Shown here in pieces: positions 8,239 through 17,533 of a stretch of 48,887 nucleotides of DNA (positions within the stretch are counted from its first letter, which is position 1; the number at the start of each line of letters is the position of its first letter). Both the position numbers and the translations under genes were made by a program. The DNA lies in contig JBDGRM010000020.1 of the NCBI GenBank assembly GCA_042218035.1, positions 3,759-52,645 of the forward strand, in the 5' to 3' direction. This DNA comes from Candidatus Magasanikiibacteriota bacterium (GTDB taxonomy: Bacteria; Patescibacteriota; Minisyncoccia; UBA6257; GWB1-50-10). Below the pieces are notes generated by a model. That model saw nothing but the letters and a program-made list of their open reading frames with translations, made no database searches and had not been told where the DNA came from.

Positions 8239-9972
8239 CTACTCTGCCTCTTTTGGCACAACCTTCCCCTTTTCTTTAGGAACTGTTTTATCAGAAGGTA
8301 AGAAAGTGTTTAATGGTTTTTTAATTATCGTTTTGTTTTCTTCTATAAAAGAGTCCTCGAATGTCATTTTCGTTTTTCTCGTTAGCGGAGCGTAATCCCC
8401 TATTTGTTCCGCTTTTGGAACAAGTTCGACTTGAAAAGCCGCTTTCAGAGCAGGGTTTAAATATCCTCTTCCCGCTAAAATCTTATCTATTTTCCAAACC
8501 ACTTTTCTTGATTTTTCTTTAAAAATTGGAACTGAATCATAATTACTTTTTGTCCGATTAGTCCATTTTACATTTGGAGGAAGTTTAGTGGTGATTTTCA
8601 CATCTTCGTTGTCTGCAAGTTTGTTTTTCACCTCCCAATGAATTGTGAACTGAGTTTTTTTAGAAACTTCTGGTGGTATGGGCCCCCGATTTAATATCTT
8701 TGATTGAGGGTCTCTATATAGAGCTTTTACTTTTATATTAGTTTTGCTTCCTATTTTTACTTCTTTTTTATCCTTAGAGGATATTTTTTTAGCATTCAAT
8801 TTATAAGGCACTGTATCGGACTCTATCCGGGCTTCAGCTTTAAGAGAAAAGTTTTTGTCGCTCAACTGATTCATAGAGTAGTTTTCTTTTATATTTATTG
8901 ATGTTATAACCTTTCCAGACTCTCCGGGCTCCAATGTTTTAAGTTTGTCAACTTTTTTTGGGGTCCAGGTTGTTGTGCCGTCACTCGTTCTAAAATCTCC
9001 ACTGGTGTCAATAGTACTAAAGTCAAACAAGGCACCCTTCAGTCTTGACTCAATTTTTACATTCTTAAACGCCGTATTACTTTTATTTTTATATTTGTGT
9101 ATAATTTTTATTTTATTTCCTAATTTTGGTTCACCCCTAAATTGCACGTTAAACCTAAGAGGGGATTTAGCCGGAGTTAAAGTGAATGATCTTTGAGAAA
9201 TTTCATATTGCCTATTATAAAAAGACTCTAGAGCAGCAACCTTAATAGGTTTTATTTTTTTATTGTTAACTCTGCCCTCTATTTTAAGATTTTTTTTCTC
9301 TTCTGGTTTTAAGGTTCCTACATCCCAGTAGCTATTATTTGCCTTCTCTGGTTTATTAGAAGAAATAAATTCGAACCCATTAGGGTAGTTCGTTTTTACT
9401 TCAAGATTTGAAAATCTAACTTCACTTTTATTCTTGAGTGAGAAGTTAGACTCAAATGAAGAACCAGTTACTATTTTGTTTGGCGTATCAAAGTTGAACT
9501 TTATAGCTCTTTTTTTAATATCAATTTTTTTTATGTTTGTTTTTTGAAAATTTGTATGACCAAGAGCATATGAAAGACTTGCCTTTATAGTTTCTGTGTC
9601 ACCTTTAAGATCTATCGGCAACAGCTTAAGTGACTCTCTTCTCAAATTATTGCCGCTTATATTTTCAAGGGATTTAATCATTGTCCTGTCATATTTTTTT
9701 GGTTTTAAAAGAGCTAGACCTTTTGAGATGTTAAAAGACAAATTCACTTCTCTAAGTGTGGTGTTGGTATTGTTTTCTATATTTGCTGAAAGGCGAAAAG
9801 GAACCCCTCTTGTAATTTCTTTTTTCTTTTGTATATCAATATCCAAACTCACATTTTCTTCTGATTGAATGAAACGTAGAAAGAACAAGGCACTTGAAAC
9901 TATAGCCACCAAAGTAGCTGTACCCAAAGCAGTTAATATTATTTTTGTTTTAGAAACATTTTCTTCAGACAT
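8239..9972 (-). CDS. Hypothetical membrane-anchored protein (single N-terminal TM, then a long K/N/S/T-rich extracytoplasmic region)
   Basis: 577-aa uninterrupted ORF with N-terminal hydrophobic helix IILTALGTATLVAIVSSALFFL. No motif I recognise. Confidence 0.7.
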   Translation of the reverse strand: MSEENVSKTKIILTALGTATLVAIVSSALFFLRFIQSEENVSLDIDIQKKKEITRGVPFRLSANIENNTNTTLREVNLSFNISKGLALLKPKKYDRTMIKSLENISGNNLRRESLKLLPIDLKGDTETIKASLSYALGHTNFQKTNIKKIDIKKRAIKFNFDTPNKIVTGSSFESNFSLKNKSEVRFSNLEVKTNYPNGFEFISSNKPEKANNSYWDVGTLKPEEKKNLKIEGRVNNKKIKPIKVAALESFYNRQYEISQRSFTLTPAKSPLRFNVQFRGEPKLGNKIKIIHKYKNKSNTAFKNVKIESRLKGALFDFSTIDTSGDFRTSDGTTTWTPKKVDKLKTLEPGESGKVITSINIKENYSMNQLSDKNFSLKAEARIESDTVPYKLNAKKISSKDKKEVKIGSKTNIKVKALYRDPQSKILNRGPIPPEVSKKTQFTIHWEVKNKLADNEDVKITTKLPPNVKWTNRTKSNYDSVPIFKEKSRKVVWKIDKILAGRGYLNPALKAAFQVELVPKAEQIGDYAPLTRKTKMTFEDSFIEENKTIIKKPLNTFLPSDKTVPKEKGKVVPKEAE

Positions 9973-9974
9973 CC

Positions 9975-10556
9975 TTATTTTATTTTTACCTTTTTTTTCT
10001 GAGGGATTTTATTTGAGCATTTTTGACAGAAAAATATTTGATCCTCTGGAAAAAATATCTCCACTTCTTTACTTTTACAGTTAAAACAGTTCGCTGAGAC
10101 TGGGTCATAACCTAACTCCTTTAAAAAAACCTCAACAATCAACTCACCTGTGTAGAAAGACTTTATCAGATAATTCCACAACTTCCTCCTTTCTGCTAGT
10201 TGAGGCAATAGGCTTTTAAGAATGCAAGTAATATCAAGAGCTCTTCCCATTTTATTAGAATTTCTTCTAATTTTTTTAAATCTACTTCTTAAAAGAGCAT
10301 CTGTGACCGTGAATCTATGCTTCTTAAAAAGGCGTATTTTGCTTAAAGTAACGGGCTCTAGATGGGGGGATAATTTTGACTTTATCTTTGCACCGCTTCT
10401 TACATATGCCTTTAGGAGTCCTAGCTTTTGAGAAAAGATTTTAACTTTTTCATCTTCACTAGAAAAACTCTCTTTAGCTAGAATTATTCCATTAATGACT
10501 ACTTCTTGCATAAAACCTCTTAAAGAATAGTAAAAAGGCAGGCTTTTTAAACCCAA
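9975..10556 (-). CDS. recO: DNA repair protein RecO (start probably at the internal ATG at 10511)
   Basis: N-terminal OB-like region (MQEVVINGIILAKE...EDEKVKIFSQKLGLLKAYVRSGAKIKSKL...LEP) and a C-terminal CxxC...CxxC zinc finger (CFNCKS...CQKCS). Confidence 0.65.
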   Translation of the reverse strand: MGLKSLPFYYSLRGFMQEVVINGIILAKESFSSEDEKVKIFSQKLGLLKAYVRSGAKIKSKLSPHLEPVTLSKIRLFKKHRFTVTDALLRSRFKKIRRNSNKMGRALDITCILKSLLPQLAERRKLWNYLIKSFYTGELIVEVFLKELGYDPVSANCFNCKSKEVEIFFPEDQIFFCQKCSNKIPQKKKVKIK

Positions 10557-10578
10557 TGCCTTGAGCTTGGAAGCCTAT

Positions 10579-10983
10579 TTAATAAAAGATTAAGTTGAGA
10601 ATTTTATCAAGGGTATATAAACCACCTCCTGAGGTAAGAAGAACCAAGCTAGAAACCAAGATTAAAAGTGGGAATTCATAGCCCCCTCTAAAATTTGCTT
10701 CTTTTTTTACAGTAAATAAGATAACCAAGAACTGAATAAAAAACAGCAAAGCAAATAATTGAGTAAGAAAGCCCAAAATCAAAGCAATACCCCCTATAAA
10801 TTCTAACATTGCTACTAACCACCCCCAAAAAAAGGCTGGCCTAAAACCCATATCAGAAAAATCACTTTTTGTCTTTTCCATGTTTTCTATTTTCGGTTTT
10901 CCGTGTACCACCATGATAGCACCCACAACAATTCTTAAAAAAAGCAAGCCCCACTCACTAAAAAGATAAAAGATAGGAATCAT
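10579..10983 (-). CDS. DoxX-family membrane protein
   Basis: 134 aa, 4 TM. The N-terminus LLFLRIVVGAIMVVHG is typical of DoxX. Confidence 0.7.
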   Translation of the reverse strand: MIPIFYLFSEWGLLFLRIVVGAIMVVHGKPKIENMEKTKSDFSDMGFRPAFFWGWLVAMLEFIGGIALILGFLTQLFALLFFIQFLVILFTVKKEANFRGGYEFPLLILVSSLVLLTSGGGLYTLDKILNLIFY

Positions 10984-12743
10984 AAGTTATTTACAGCTTC
11001 TTTGAAGCCAGAATAAGAGGTTCCAATTATCAACTTTCGACCATTCCAGCCATAGTTAAAAGCTGCTTCTTTTGAGCTAAACTTAATATATCGACTAGAT
11101 ACATTGCCAGCCCCTCCATCCTTCCAAGAGGCGGCTTTTCCAGGCTCAGAGAGATAAAAGTTTTTAACCTCTTCCACTTGACTTTCGATTTGATCAGAAA
11201 AGTTTGTTTTAGCTTTTTCTAAATTCGCACCTTCTTTAACTTTTAGTATTAGTCCAGGCCATGTTCCGGCATTGTTAGAATAAGTGAAAGCCGTGGGGTC
11301 CGGTGCAAAATATTGCATTGAGTCTAGGCTTGGAAGAAGAGCATTAAGAATTTCTTGAGAGCTGATAAGGTTTTCTTTCTGGTTTTTAGTTAAAACAACC
11401 TCTCTCATAAGTGGCACTTGAGTAGGACTGAACTCCAAAGCTGATTTTATATTTTCTAAATTAACTTTCGAAACATTAACTTTTGCAGTGGTATCTACAG
11501 GAGAACTAAAAAGACTAGAGTGTGAATCAGAGGGGATCAAGTTCGAAGATTTTTTATTTGCTTCTTTTTCCGTGGATGTTGCTTCTTTTTGTTCGGAAGA
11601 CGTTGAGGTAGCCTTTGTAGAAGTAGATTTAACCTCTGTAGAGGTGGCCTTTTTGGTAGATGTTGTTTCTTTTACTGGAATCTTTGGTACCTTTGCTGTA
11701 GAGGTGGTTTTTTTCTTAGAGCTTGTTGTTTTTTTCTTGACTTGCTTTTCCTTTGTTTTAGAAGCGTTACTTTTATTTTCTTTTGCCGGAGGTTGAGAAT
11801 TATTCTTATCCTTTAAAAAGAGAAAGTAAGCTGCAGCAGCCAGCCCTATAAGAATCAATGTTATTAAAAGCATCATAAAAAGCTTTTTATTGCTGGACCC
11901 CTCCTTAGGAGGATACTCTTTTGCATTTTTAAACTCTTCAGGGTCAAACTCTTCAGGGTCTTCTGAACCAGATGGATTGGCGGGACCCCCATTTTCATCA
12001 CCTATTTCACCACCACCTCCCGATTTGGGAGAAGGCTTTTCGGGGGGGTTCATTTCCTCGGTTGGACTTGAAGAAGAACCGCTAACACCCCTTCCTCCAG
12101 AAGGGTCTATTTCAGTATTTCCTCCAGTTTGTTTAGCGGGGCCCTCCTGAGAAGTTTGGGAAACCTCTTCTAGGTCGGAAGGTTTTTTAGGGGTATTCGT
12201 TTGATTTTCTGATTTTTTATTTTTGCTTTGGTTATCATCTTGTATATTAAACCCAGATTTAGACTCATCTTTGCTTTCCTCAGACTGGCTAGCTCTAGGC
12301 TTAGTTGGTTGGCTTCCAGGAGAGCCGGGGCTTGGCTTTGAAGGTTTTGGTTGCCCTGGATTTTTTGAAGGAGAATTTGGTGTTGAGGGCTCTTTTTTGG
12401 GTTCGGGCTCAGTAGGGTTCGGCGGCTGATTCGGCTGATTCGGCTGTTTAGTAGGAGTCCCGTCAGGACGAGAAGGTTCATCGTTCGGCTCTGGCACTGC
12501 TCCCGGTGATGTTTTTGGTGAAGGCTTGTTTGGTGAAGACGGTTTCTTAGGACCTTGACTTGGTTCATTTGGGGTATCTTCAGCATTTTCTGTTACTGGA
12601 GTTGAGGGTTCTTCTGCTATTTCCTTATCTCCTCCTTCTTCGTCTGAAGGTTTTGTGTTCGAGGGGTCACCGGGTTGACCACTTGTATTGTTTTTCGACT
12701 TTGAAGATTGACTTGGTTTTGATTCGTTGTTGTTTTCTGGCAT
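10980..12743 (-). CDS. Hypothetical low-complexity membrane protein (P/S/K/E-rich N-terminal ~290 aa, one TM, S/T/K-rich linker, ~190-aa C-terminal globular part)
   Basis: 587-aa ORF with TM helix LFMMLLITLILIGLAAAAYFLF. The alternative-frame ORFs inside it are by-products of the low complexity. Confidence 0.7.
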   Translation of the reverse strand: MPENNNESKPSQSSKSKNNTSGQPGDPSNTKPSDEEGGDKEIAEEPSTPVTENAEDTPNEPSQGPKKPSSPNKPSPKTSPGAVPEPNDEPSRPDGTPTKQPNQPNQPPNPTEPEPKKEPSTPNSPSKNPGQPKPSKPSPGSPGSQPTKPRASQSEESKDESKSGFNIQDDNQSKNKKSENQTNTPKKPSDLEEVSQTSQEGPAKQTGGNTEIDPSGGRGVSGSSSSPTEEMNPPEKPSPKSGGGGEIGDENGGPANPSGSEDPEEFDPEEFKNAKEYPPKEGSSNKKLFMMLLITLILIGLAAAAYFLFLKDKNNSQPPAKENKSNASKTKEKQVKKKTTSSKKKTTSTAKVPKIPVKETTSTKKATSTEVKSTSTKATSTSSEQKEATSTEKEANKKSSNLIPSDSHSSLFSSPVDTTAKVNVSKVNLENIKSALEFSPTQVPLMREVVLTKNQKENLISSQEILNALLPSLDSMQYFAPDPTAFTYSNNAGTWPGLILKVKEGANLEKAKTNFSDQIESQVEEVKNFYLSEPGKAASWKDGGAGNVSSRYIKFSSKEAAFNYGWNGRKLIIGTSYSGFKEAVNNL

Positions 12744-12748
12744 ATTTT

Positions 12749-12895
12749 TTATTTATTTTTTTTAGATTTTTTACTCTTTGGTTTATATGGTTTTGGTTCC
12801 CCACCTCCACGACTTCTAATTGATTTGATATCGGACTTCATTGTACGTATATAAATTTTTTCAAATTTTGCAGCGTCAGGAGTCTTGTTCTTCAT
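12749..12895 (-). CDS. Candidate 48-codon ORF immediately upstream of the 587-aa gene
   Basis: Own translation: MKNKTPDAAKFEKIYIRTMKSDIKSIRSRGGGEPKPYKPKSKKSKKNK*. The stop lies in an A-run 5 nt before the ATG at 12743, in a different frame. It is below the ORF-track cutoff. Confidence 0.35.
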   Translation of the reverse strand: MKNKTPDAAKFEKIYIRTMKSDIKSIRSRGGGEPKPYKPKSKKSKKNK

Positions 12896-12984
12896 TTTAT
12901 TCTTTTTTAATTATGCACCACACTCTTGATTCTATCAACCTTTTCGTAAAAACCATGAAACTGGCCTCCCTATTATTATAGCAA

Positions 12985-13012
12985 ATAAAAAACCCCGGAC
13001 CGCCCGAGGTTT
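12985..13012 (-). terminator. Intrinsic terminator downstream of pnp
   Basis: Reverse strand reads ACCTCGG-GCGGT-CCGGGGT followed by TTTTTTA. Confidence 0.6.
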
Positions 13013-13036
13013 TTGTCCTTAGTTTTTTTGATCTTA

Positions 13037-15076
13037 TCAGGGTTGATCAACACCCACCATTGAAAGCTTTATACTACCATCTTTCTCAACCTCAGTTATT
13101 TTTGCTCTTACTCTGTCTCCTACTTCAAGTTCATCTTCTACATCGTCTATATAATCATCCGAAATTTCAGAAATATGAATCATTCCACTTGATCCTCTGC
13201 CGAATTCTACTATTGCCCCAAAATCAAGTAGTTTTACAACTTCTCCCTCTATGACTTCACCAGTTTCATAGTCACGGACAACCTCCTTTACTATCTGAAG
13301 TGTTTTTTTTGCTTTGCTTTCATCCTTGGAGGAAATAAATATTTCTCCGTTATCCTCTATATTAATGGAAACCTCGTCTTCTCCAACTATAGAAAGAATA
13401 TGGTCAATAGTTTTTCCACCTGGACCAATAAGAGTACCTATCTTTTCTTCGGGAATTTCATGCTTTAGTATGGTTGGGGCATTTTCAGAAACCTTTTTTG
13501 ATGGGGAGGGAATGGCTTTTTCCATCACCTCGATTATTTGCATTCGTGCTTTGCGAGCCTTAGGAAGAGCCTCCTTGAATATTTCTTTCGTAATTCCTTT
13601 TCTCTTTACATCCATTTGAATTGCGCTAATACCATTTCTTGTGCCAGCAACTTTTAAGTCCATTTCGCCGAAATGATCTTCTGGACCCTGAATATCTGTA
13701 AGTATTTCCCACCCATTCTTATTTGAAACAAGCCCCATGGCTATACCCGCTACGTACTCTTTTAGATCAACACCGGCATCCATAAGACTCATGCAGGAAG
13801 AACAAATTGCACCCATCGAAGTAGAACCATTGGAAGATAGAGTTTCAGCTACAACCCTGAGAGTGTAGGGAAAATCTTCTTTTGAGGGGACAAAAGGGAG
13901 CAGAGCCTTTCTAGCAAGCGCACCATGTCCTATCTCCCGCCTTCCTGGACTTCCCGGCCTGCCGGGTTCACCTACAGAGAAATCAGGGAAGTTGTAATGA
14001 AGCATAAAACGCTTTTCACCGGATTTTTCAATAGTTTCAACCACTTTCTTTTCACTTGGGGGAGCCAAAGTTGTCATAGCAAGAAGTTGTGTATCACCTC
14101 TTATAAAAAGACCAGAACCGTGGACCTTATTAAATAAATCTACTTCCGAATAAAGGTCTCTTACCTCCCCAACCCCCCTTCCATCAGGTCTTTCACCTTC
14201 TTCTATTATCATTTTGCTAATAGCTTTTTTAATTTTGTCATCAAGCAACTCTTTCCCTGCGGATATTTGTTCTGATTCTTTTTCATTTTCTTCAAGTTTT
14301 TCTTCCAATTCATTTTCTATTTTTGAGGTTTTATCCTCTTTAATTGCTTTACGAAGTGTGCTTTCTTCAATTCCTTCTACTGCTTTTTTTACTTCTTTGT
14401 CAGGTTTGCTAAACTCAATGTTTTCTTTTTCTTTTCCTTCTTTTTTAATTATGTCTTTTTGAAAACTCACTAAATCGCTTATTTCATCTTGTGCATTTTC
14501 AAATAAATCTACAACTGTTTCCTCTTCAGCCTCATTACCTCCAAGCTCTATCATGTTTATTTTTTTAGAAGGACCTGCAAAAAAGGCTTCTATATCATTT
14601 TTTTCTGATTTGATTTCCAGTCCTCCTACAGGACCATCCCATGGGATGTCGGAAACCCCAAGAGCAGTAGAAGCCGCTAATAAGGAGATAGTTTCAAGGT
14701 CGTGAATTTCATCATATGCAAGAATAGTAATCATCACTTGCACACTTCTTCTAAGACGATGGTCAAAAAGCGGACGTATACATCTATCTATTAATCGAGA
14801 AGAAAGGGTAGCGCCCTCAGAAGGTTTTCCTTCACGACGTACAAAGCGAGAACCCAATATTTCTCCCACTGCATAGAACCGCTCTTCATAATCAACCCTT
14901 AGAGGGAAGAAAGGAAGGTCTTGATCATCTTCACTCATAGTAGCGGTGGCAAGCACTACTGAGTCTCCATAACGACCTATAACTGATCCATTTGCCTGTT
15001 TTGCTAAGTCAGAAAAAATTAACTCTACCTCCTCACCCTGTATATTTGTTTGATATTTTCTGTTATTTAAATTCAC
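13037..15076 (-). CDS. pnp: Polyribonucleotide nucleotidyltransferase (PNPase)
   Basis: 679 aa. Two RNase PH-like cores followed by KH (GPGGKTI) and S1 (GEVVKLLDFGAIVEF) domains. Confidence 0.95.
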   Translation of the reverse strand: MNLNNRKYQTNIQGEEVELIFSDLAKQANGSVIGRYGDSVVLATATMSEDDQDLPFFPLRVDYEERFYAVGEILGSRFVRREGKPSEGATLSSRLIDRCIRPLFDHRLRRSVQVMITILAYDEIHDLETISLLAASTALGVSDIPWDGPVGGLEIKSEKNDIEAFFAGPSKKINMIELGGNEAEEETVVDLFENAQDEISDLVSFQKDIIKKEGKEKENIEFSKPDKEVKKAVEGIEESTLRKAIKEDKTSKIENELEEKLEENEKESEQISAGKELLDDKIKKAISKMIIEEGERPDGRGVGEVRDLYSEVDLFNKVHGSGLFIRGDTQLLAMTTLAPPSEKKVVETIEKSGEKRFMLHYNFPDFSVGEPGRPGSPGRREIGHGALARKALLPFVPSKEDFPYTLRVVAETLSSNGSTSMGAICSSCMSLMDAGVDLKEYVAGIAMGLVSNKNGWEILTDIQGPEDHFGEMDLKVAGTRNGISAIQMDVKRKGITKEIFKEALPKARKARMQIIEVMEKAIPSPSKKVSENAPTILKHEIPEEKIGTLIGPGGKTIDHILSIVGEDEVSINIEDNGEIFISSKDESKAKKTLQIVKEVVRDYETGEVIEGEVVKLLDFGAIVEFGRGSSGMIHISEISDDYIDDVEDELEVGDRVRAKITEVEKDGSIKLSMVGVDQP

Positions 15077-15089
15077 TTTTAATAAAGAA

Positions 15090-15602
15090 TTATTTATTGG
15101 GAATATCCATTAGAGAATTATTTATATCAGCTATTTCTATGAATCGATCAGCTGTTTCCTTTAGATTTGAAGAAGTAGCTTTTTCAAACGCCGCTACTTC
15201 AATTTGTTTTCCAAGGCCCCACTTAAGGTATTCTACAAGTGGTATAAAATCACCATCACCAGTAACTAAAATAACGACATCCAGATCTTTAGCAATTCTA
15301 ATAGCGTCTACAGCCATTCCTACGTCCCAGTCCGCCTTTTTAACACCTGAAGAGTAAACCTTTAAATCTTTTATTCTTAACTCAAAACCTGCCTTCTCAA
15401 GAGCCTCAAAAAAAGATTTTTCTCCTAGGGTGGAGTCACTCTTTACAACATAAGCCACTGATCGAATTAAATCTCTATCACCCACCAAACCTTCTAAAAG
15501 GTTACTAAAATTCACCCTCGCATTATGGAGGTTTTTTGCAGAATGGTATATATTTTGGACATCTACAAAAATGCCCACTCTTTGAGAAGCAGTTTTTGGC
15601 AT
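15090..15602 (-). CDS. NYN/LabA-like (DUF88) PIN-fold putative RNase
   Basis: 170 aa. VGIFVDVQNIYHSAK... and VILVTGDGDFIPLVEYLK are the conserved acidic NYN motifs. Confidence 0.8.
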   Translation of the reverse strand: MPKTASQRVGIFVDVQNIYHSAKNLHNARVNFSNLLEGLVGDRDLIRSVAYVVKSDSTLGEKSFFEALEKAGFELRIKDLKVYSSGVKKADWDVGMAVDAIRIAKDLDVVILVTGDGDFIPLVEYLKWGLGKQIEVAAFEKATSSNLKETADRFIEIADINNSLMDIPNK

Positions 15603-15872
15603 TTATACTTCAACACCGAGTTCCTCACTGAGCTCTTCGTAGGCCTCTTCATTTTCTCGTTTCAGATATTTTAATAAACGTCTTCGCTTTCCGACCATTT
15701 TCAAGAGACCTCTTCGAGAGTTGTGATCCTTCGGATGCTCTTTTAGGTGGTTAACTAATTTATTAATTCTTTTTGTTAACAAACCCACTTGAACTGTAGC
15801 GGAACCTGTATCGTTGTCGTGTTTTTGGTATTTTTCTATAACAGACTCTTTTTGATCTTGAGATAAAGACAT
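15603..15872 (-). CDS. rpsO: 30S ribosomal protein S15
   Basis: 89 aa. DTGSATVQVGLLTKRINKLVNHLKEHPKDHNSRRGLLKMVGKRRRLLKYL matches the S15 signature. Confidence 0.95.
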   Translation of the reverse strand: MSLSQDQKESVIEKYQKHDNDTGSATVQVGLLTKRINKLVNHLKEHPKDHNSRRGLLKMVGKRRRLLKYLKRENEEAYEELSEELGVEV

Positions 15873-16120
15873 TTATATCCTTATTGAATTAAATTAAAAC
15901 CATTTTACGCTTAATATAGTGTATCAGGAATTTGCGTTTATGGCAAATTAAAGCTGTTTATTCAGTTTACTTTAAGATGTCTTAATGGGCTTAAATTTTC
16001 CTTATTTAATGAATAACACGTTATAGAAAGTTCTGAAAAAGTATATAAAGAGACTTGTAAAAGCCAAAAAATAAACCCGAAAAGCGTAAATTTGGATAAT
16101 AATTGTCAAATAATCTTTGC

Positions 16121-16149
16121 TTGACAAGAGTGTGTGTCTGTAAATAATA
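16121..16149 (+). promoter_or_regulatory. Candidate sigma-70 promoter for the LysM/M23 gene
   Basis: TTGACA (16121..16126), a 17-nt spacer, then ATAATA (16144..16149). Confidence 0.4.
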
Positions 16150-16241
16150 GTTCATGATAGCCGTAATATGGGTTTACTTGCTACATTTGGAAGTAAAAAC
16201 CAAAAGCTATTTCATATAAAAATAAAAATTCAATAAAATAT

Positions 16242-17270
16242 TTGGCTTCATCTTTTGAGTCTGAACTCATTACGTTAACGATTTTAATTGTCACTTTTTT
16301 GGGGATTGCAACTGCATTAAGTTCTATGCAGTACTTAAAAAGGAACGCCCAAAAAAATGTGAAACAATTAGGCGGTCCTTCAGATTCGGTAAGTTTCCAG
16401 ATTAAAACAGCAGCGATAATGGGTGGACCCATTTCGCCGAAAAAAGGGGAAGAGGTCTCAGGAAAGAGTAAAAGGAATTCTTCCTTTGTAAATAAGAATG
16501 GAGCTGCTATTGGAGTTTCCTCCCCGGTAAGTGATGTTTTTCATAAAAGAAATGGCCAAAAAATATATGAAGTCCAAGAAGGTGACACTCTTTCTGAGAT
16601 AGCCTCTAGTTTTGATATAAGCTTAAAGACTTTAAAATTAGCCAATCCTGAAATAGTGTCTACTATTTCACCGGGAGACAAGTTAATCATACTGCCCGTT
16701 TCCGGAATTTTATACAAAACTAAAAAGAGTGACACTCTCGCAAGTGTAGCAAAAGAATATGAGATAAACCCGGAATTAATAAAAGAATACAACCCAAACC
16801 ATCACAAACTTTTCGATCGCAAAGGCTCCACCATTGTACTTCCATATGCTGAGCCAAAAAATAAGTGGACTTATTTAAAAAAACGAGAAGAGAACCAAAA
16901 AGAATTGAATAACTTCTTTAAAAGGCCCGCCGCCGGTTATAATTGGGGAAAGCTTCATTACGATAACGCTGTTGATATAGCTAATGACTGCGGCACCCCC
17001 ATAAAGGCAGCTGCTGAAGGGATTGTTATTAAAGCGAGTGATGAAGGTTTTTGGAACGACGGATACGGCAATTATATACTAATCGAGCATCCAAATGGAA
17101 CAAAGACAAAATACGCCCACACAAAAGAGAATTTTGTAGCGGAAGGAGACTATGTATTACAAGGCGAAAAGATAGCTATTATAGGAAATTCCGGAAACAC
17201 TCATGGCCCTACTGGTTGCCATCTCCATTTTGAGGTTAGAGGAGGACAGAATCCGTTTGCACAAAACTAA
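16242..17270 (+). CDS. Membrane-anchored LysM-repeat M23 (LytM-type) peptidoglycan endopeptidase
   Basis: 342 aa from a TTG start. N-terminal TM, two LysM repeats (YEVQEGDTLSEIASSFDISLKTLKLANP; YKTKKSDTLASVAKEYEINPELIKEYNP), and M23 motifs (HYDNAVDIA, GNYILIEHPNG, GNSGNTHGPTGCHLHFEV). The exact start is uncertain. Confidence 0.85.
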   Translation: MASSFESELITLTILIVTFLGIATALSSMQYLKRNAQKNVKQLGGPSDSVSFQIKTAAIMGGPISPKKGEEVSGKSKRNSSFVNKNGAAIGVSSPVSDVFHKRNGQKIYEVQEGDTLSEIASSFDISLKTLKLANPEIVSTISPGDKLIILPVSGILYKTKKSDTLASVAKEYEINPELIKEYNPNHHKLFDRKGSTIVLPYAEPKNKWTYLKKREENQKELNNFFKRPAAGYNWGKLHYDNAVDIANDCGTPIKAAAEGIVIKASDEGFWNDGYGNYILIEHPNGTKTKYAHTKENFVAEGDYVLQGEKIAIIGNSGNTHGPTGCHLHFEVRGGQNPFAQN

Positions 17271-17282
17271 CAAAATAAAAAC

Positions 17283-17304
17283 CCCGCTCCGACTTCGGAG
17301 CGGG
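17283..17304. terminator. Bidirectional intrinsic terminator
   Basis: CCCGCTCCG-ACTT-CGGAGCGGG, a 9-bp stem. A-run upstream and T-rich sequence downstream. The strong T-run is on the reverse strand. Confidence 0.75.
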
Positions 17305-17311
17305 ACAAATT

Positions 17312-17533
17312 TTATAATTCATGGTTGACCAAGTTCGTTTGTATTAAGCCTGGATCCGTATTAAAGACCCCTTCTAGTTCTGATAAAGACTTTTCTTTTC
17401 GGTTCCGAAACCTTCTTCTGCGGCCAAGTTCGTGACTCCCTTCTTGGCCACAAAATTGAACTACCTCCTCCCGAGACTTAGAAGGAGTTGGGTATTGCAG
17501 GCTGGAAACGAAAGCTTCTTTTTGAAGAGCCAT
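17312..17533 (-). CDS. Hypothetical 73-aa basic protein (could instead be a small RNA unit)
   Basis: ATG-initiated ORF lying between an extended -10 element (TGATATAAT, reverse strand, 17607..17599) and the terminator at 17283..17304. No recognisable motif and no obvious Shine-Dalgarno. Confidence 0.35.
   Translation of the reverse strand: MALQKEAFVSSLQYPTPSKSREEVVQFCGQEGSHELGRRRRFRNRKEKSLSELEGVFNTDPGLIQTNLVNHEL

Noticed and set aside
11488-12586. Antisense and alternative-frame ORFs (102, 86, 138 and 68 aa) inside the 587-aa low-complexity gene
   Set aside because: The repetitive P/S/K/E-coding sequence keeps several frames open. None has an independent start context or a flanking signal.
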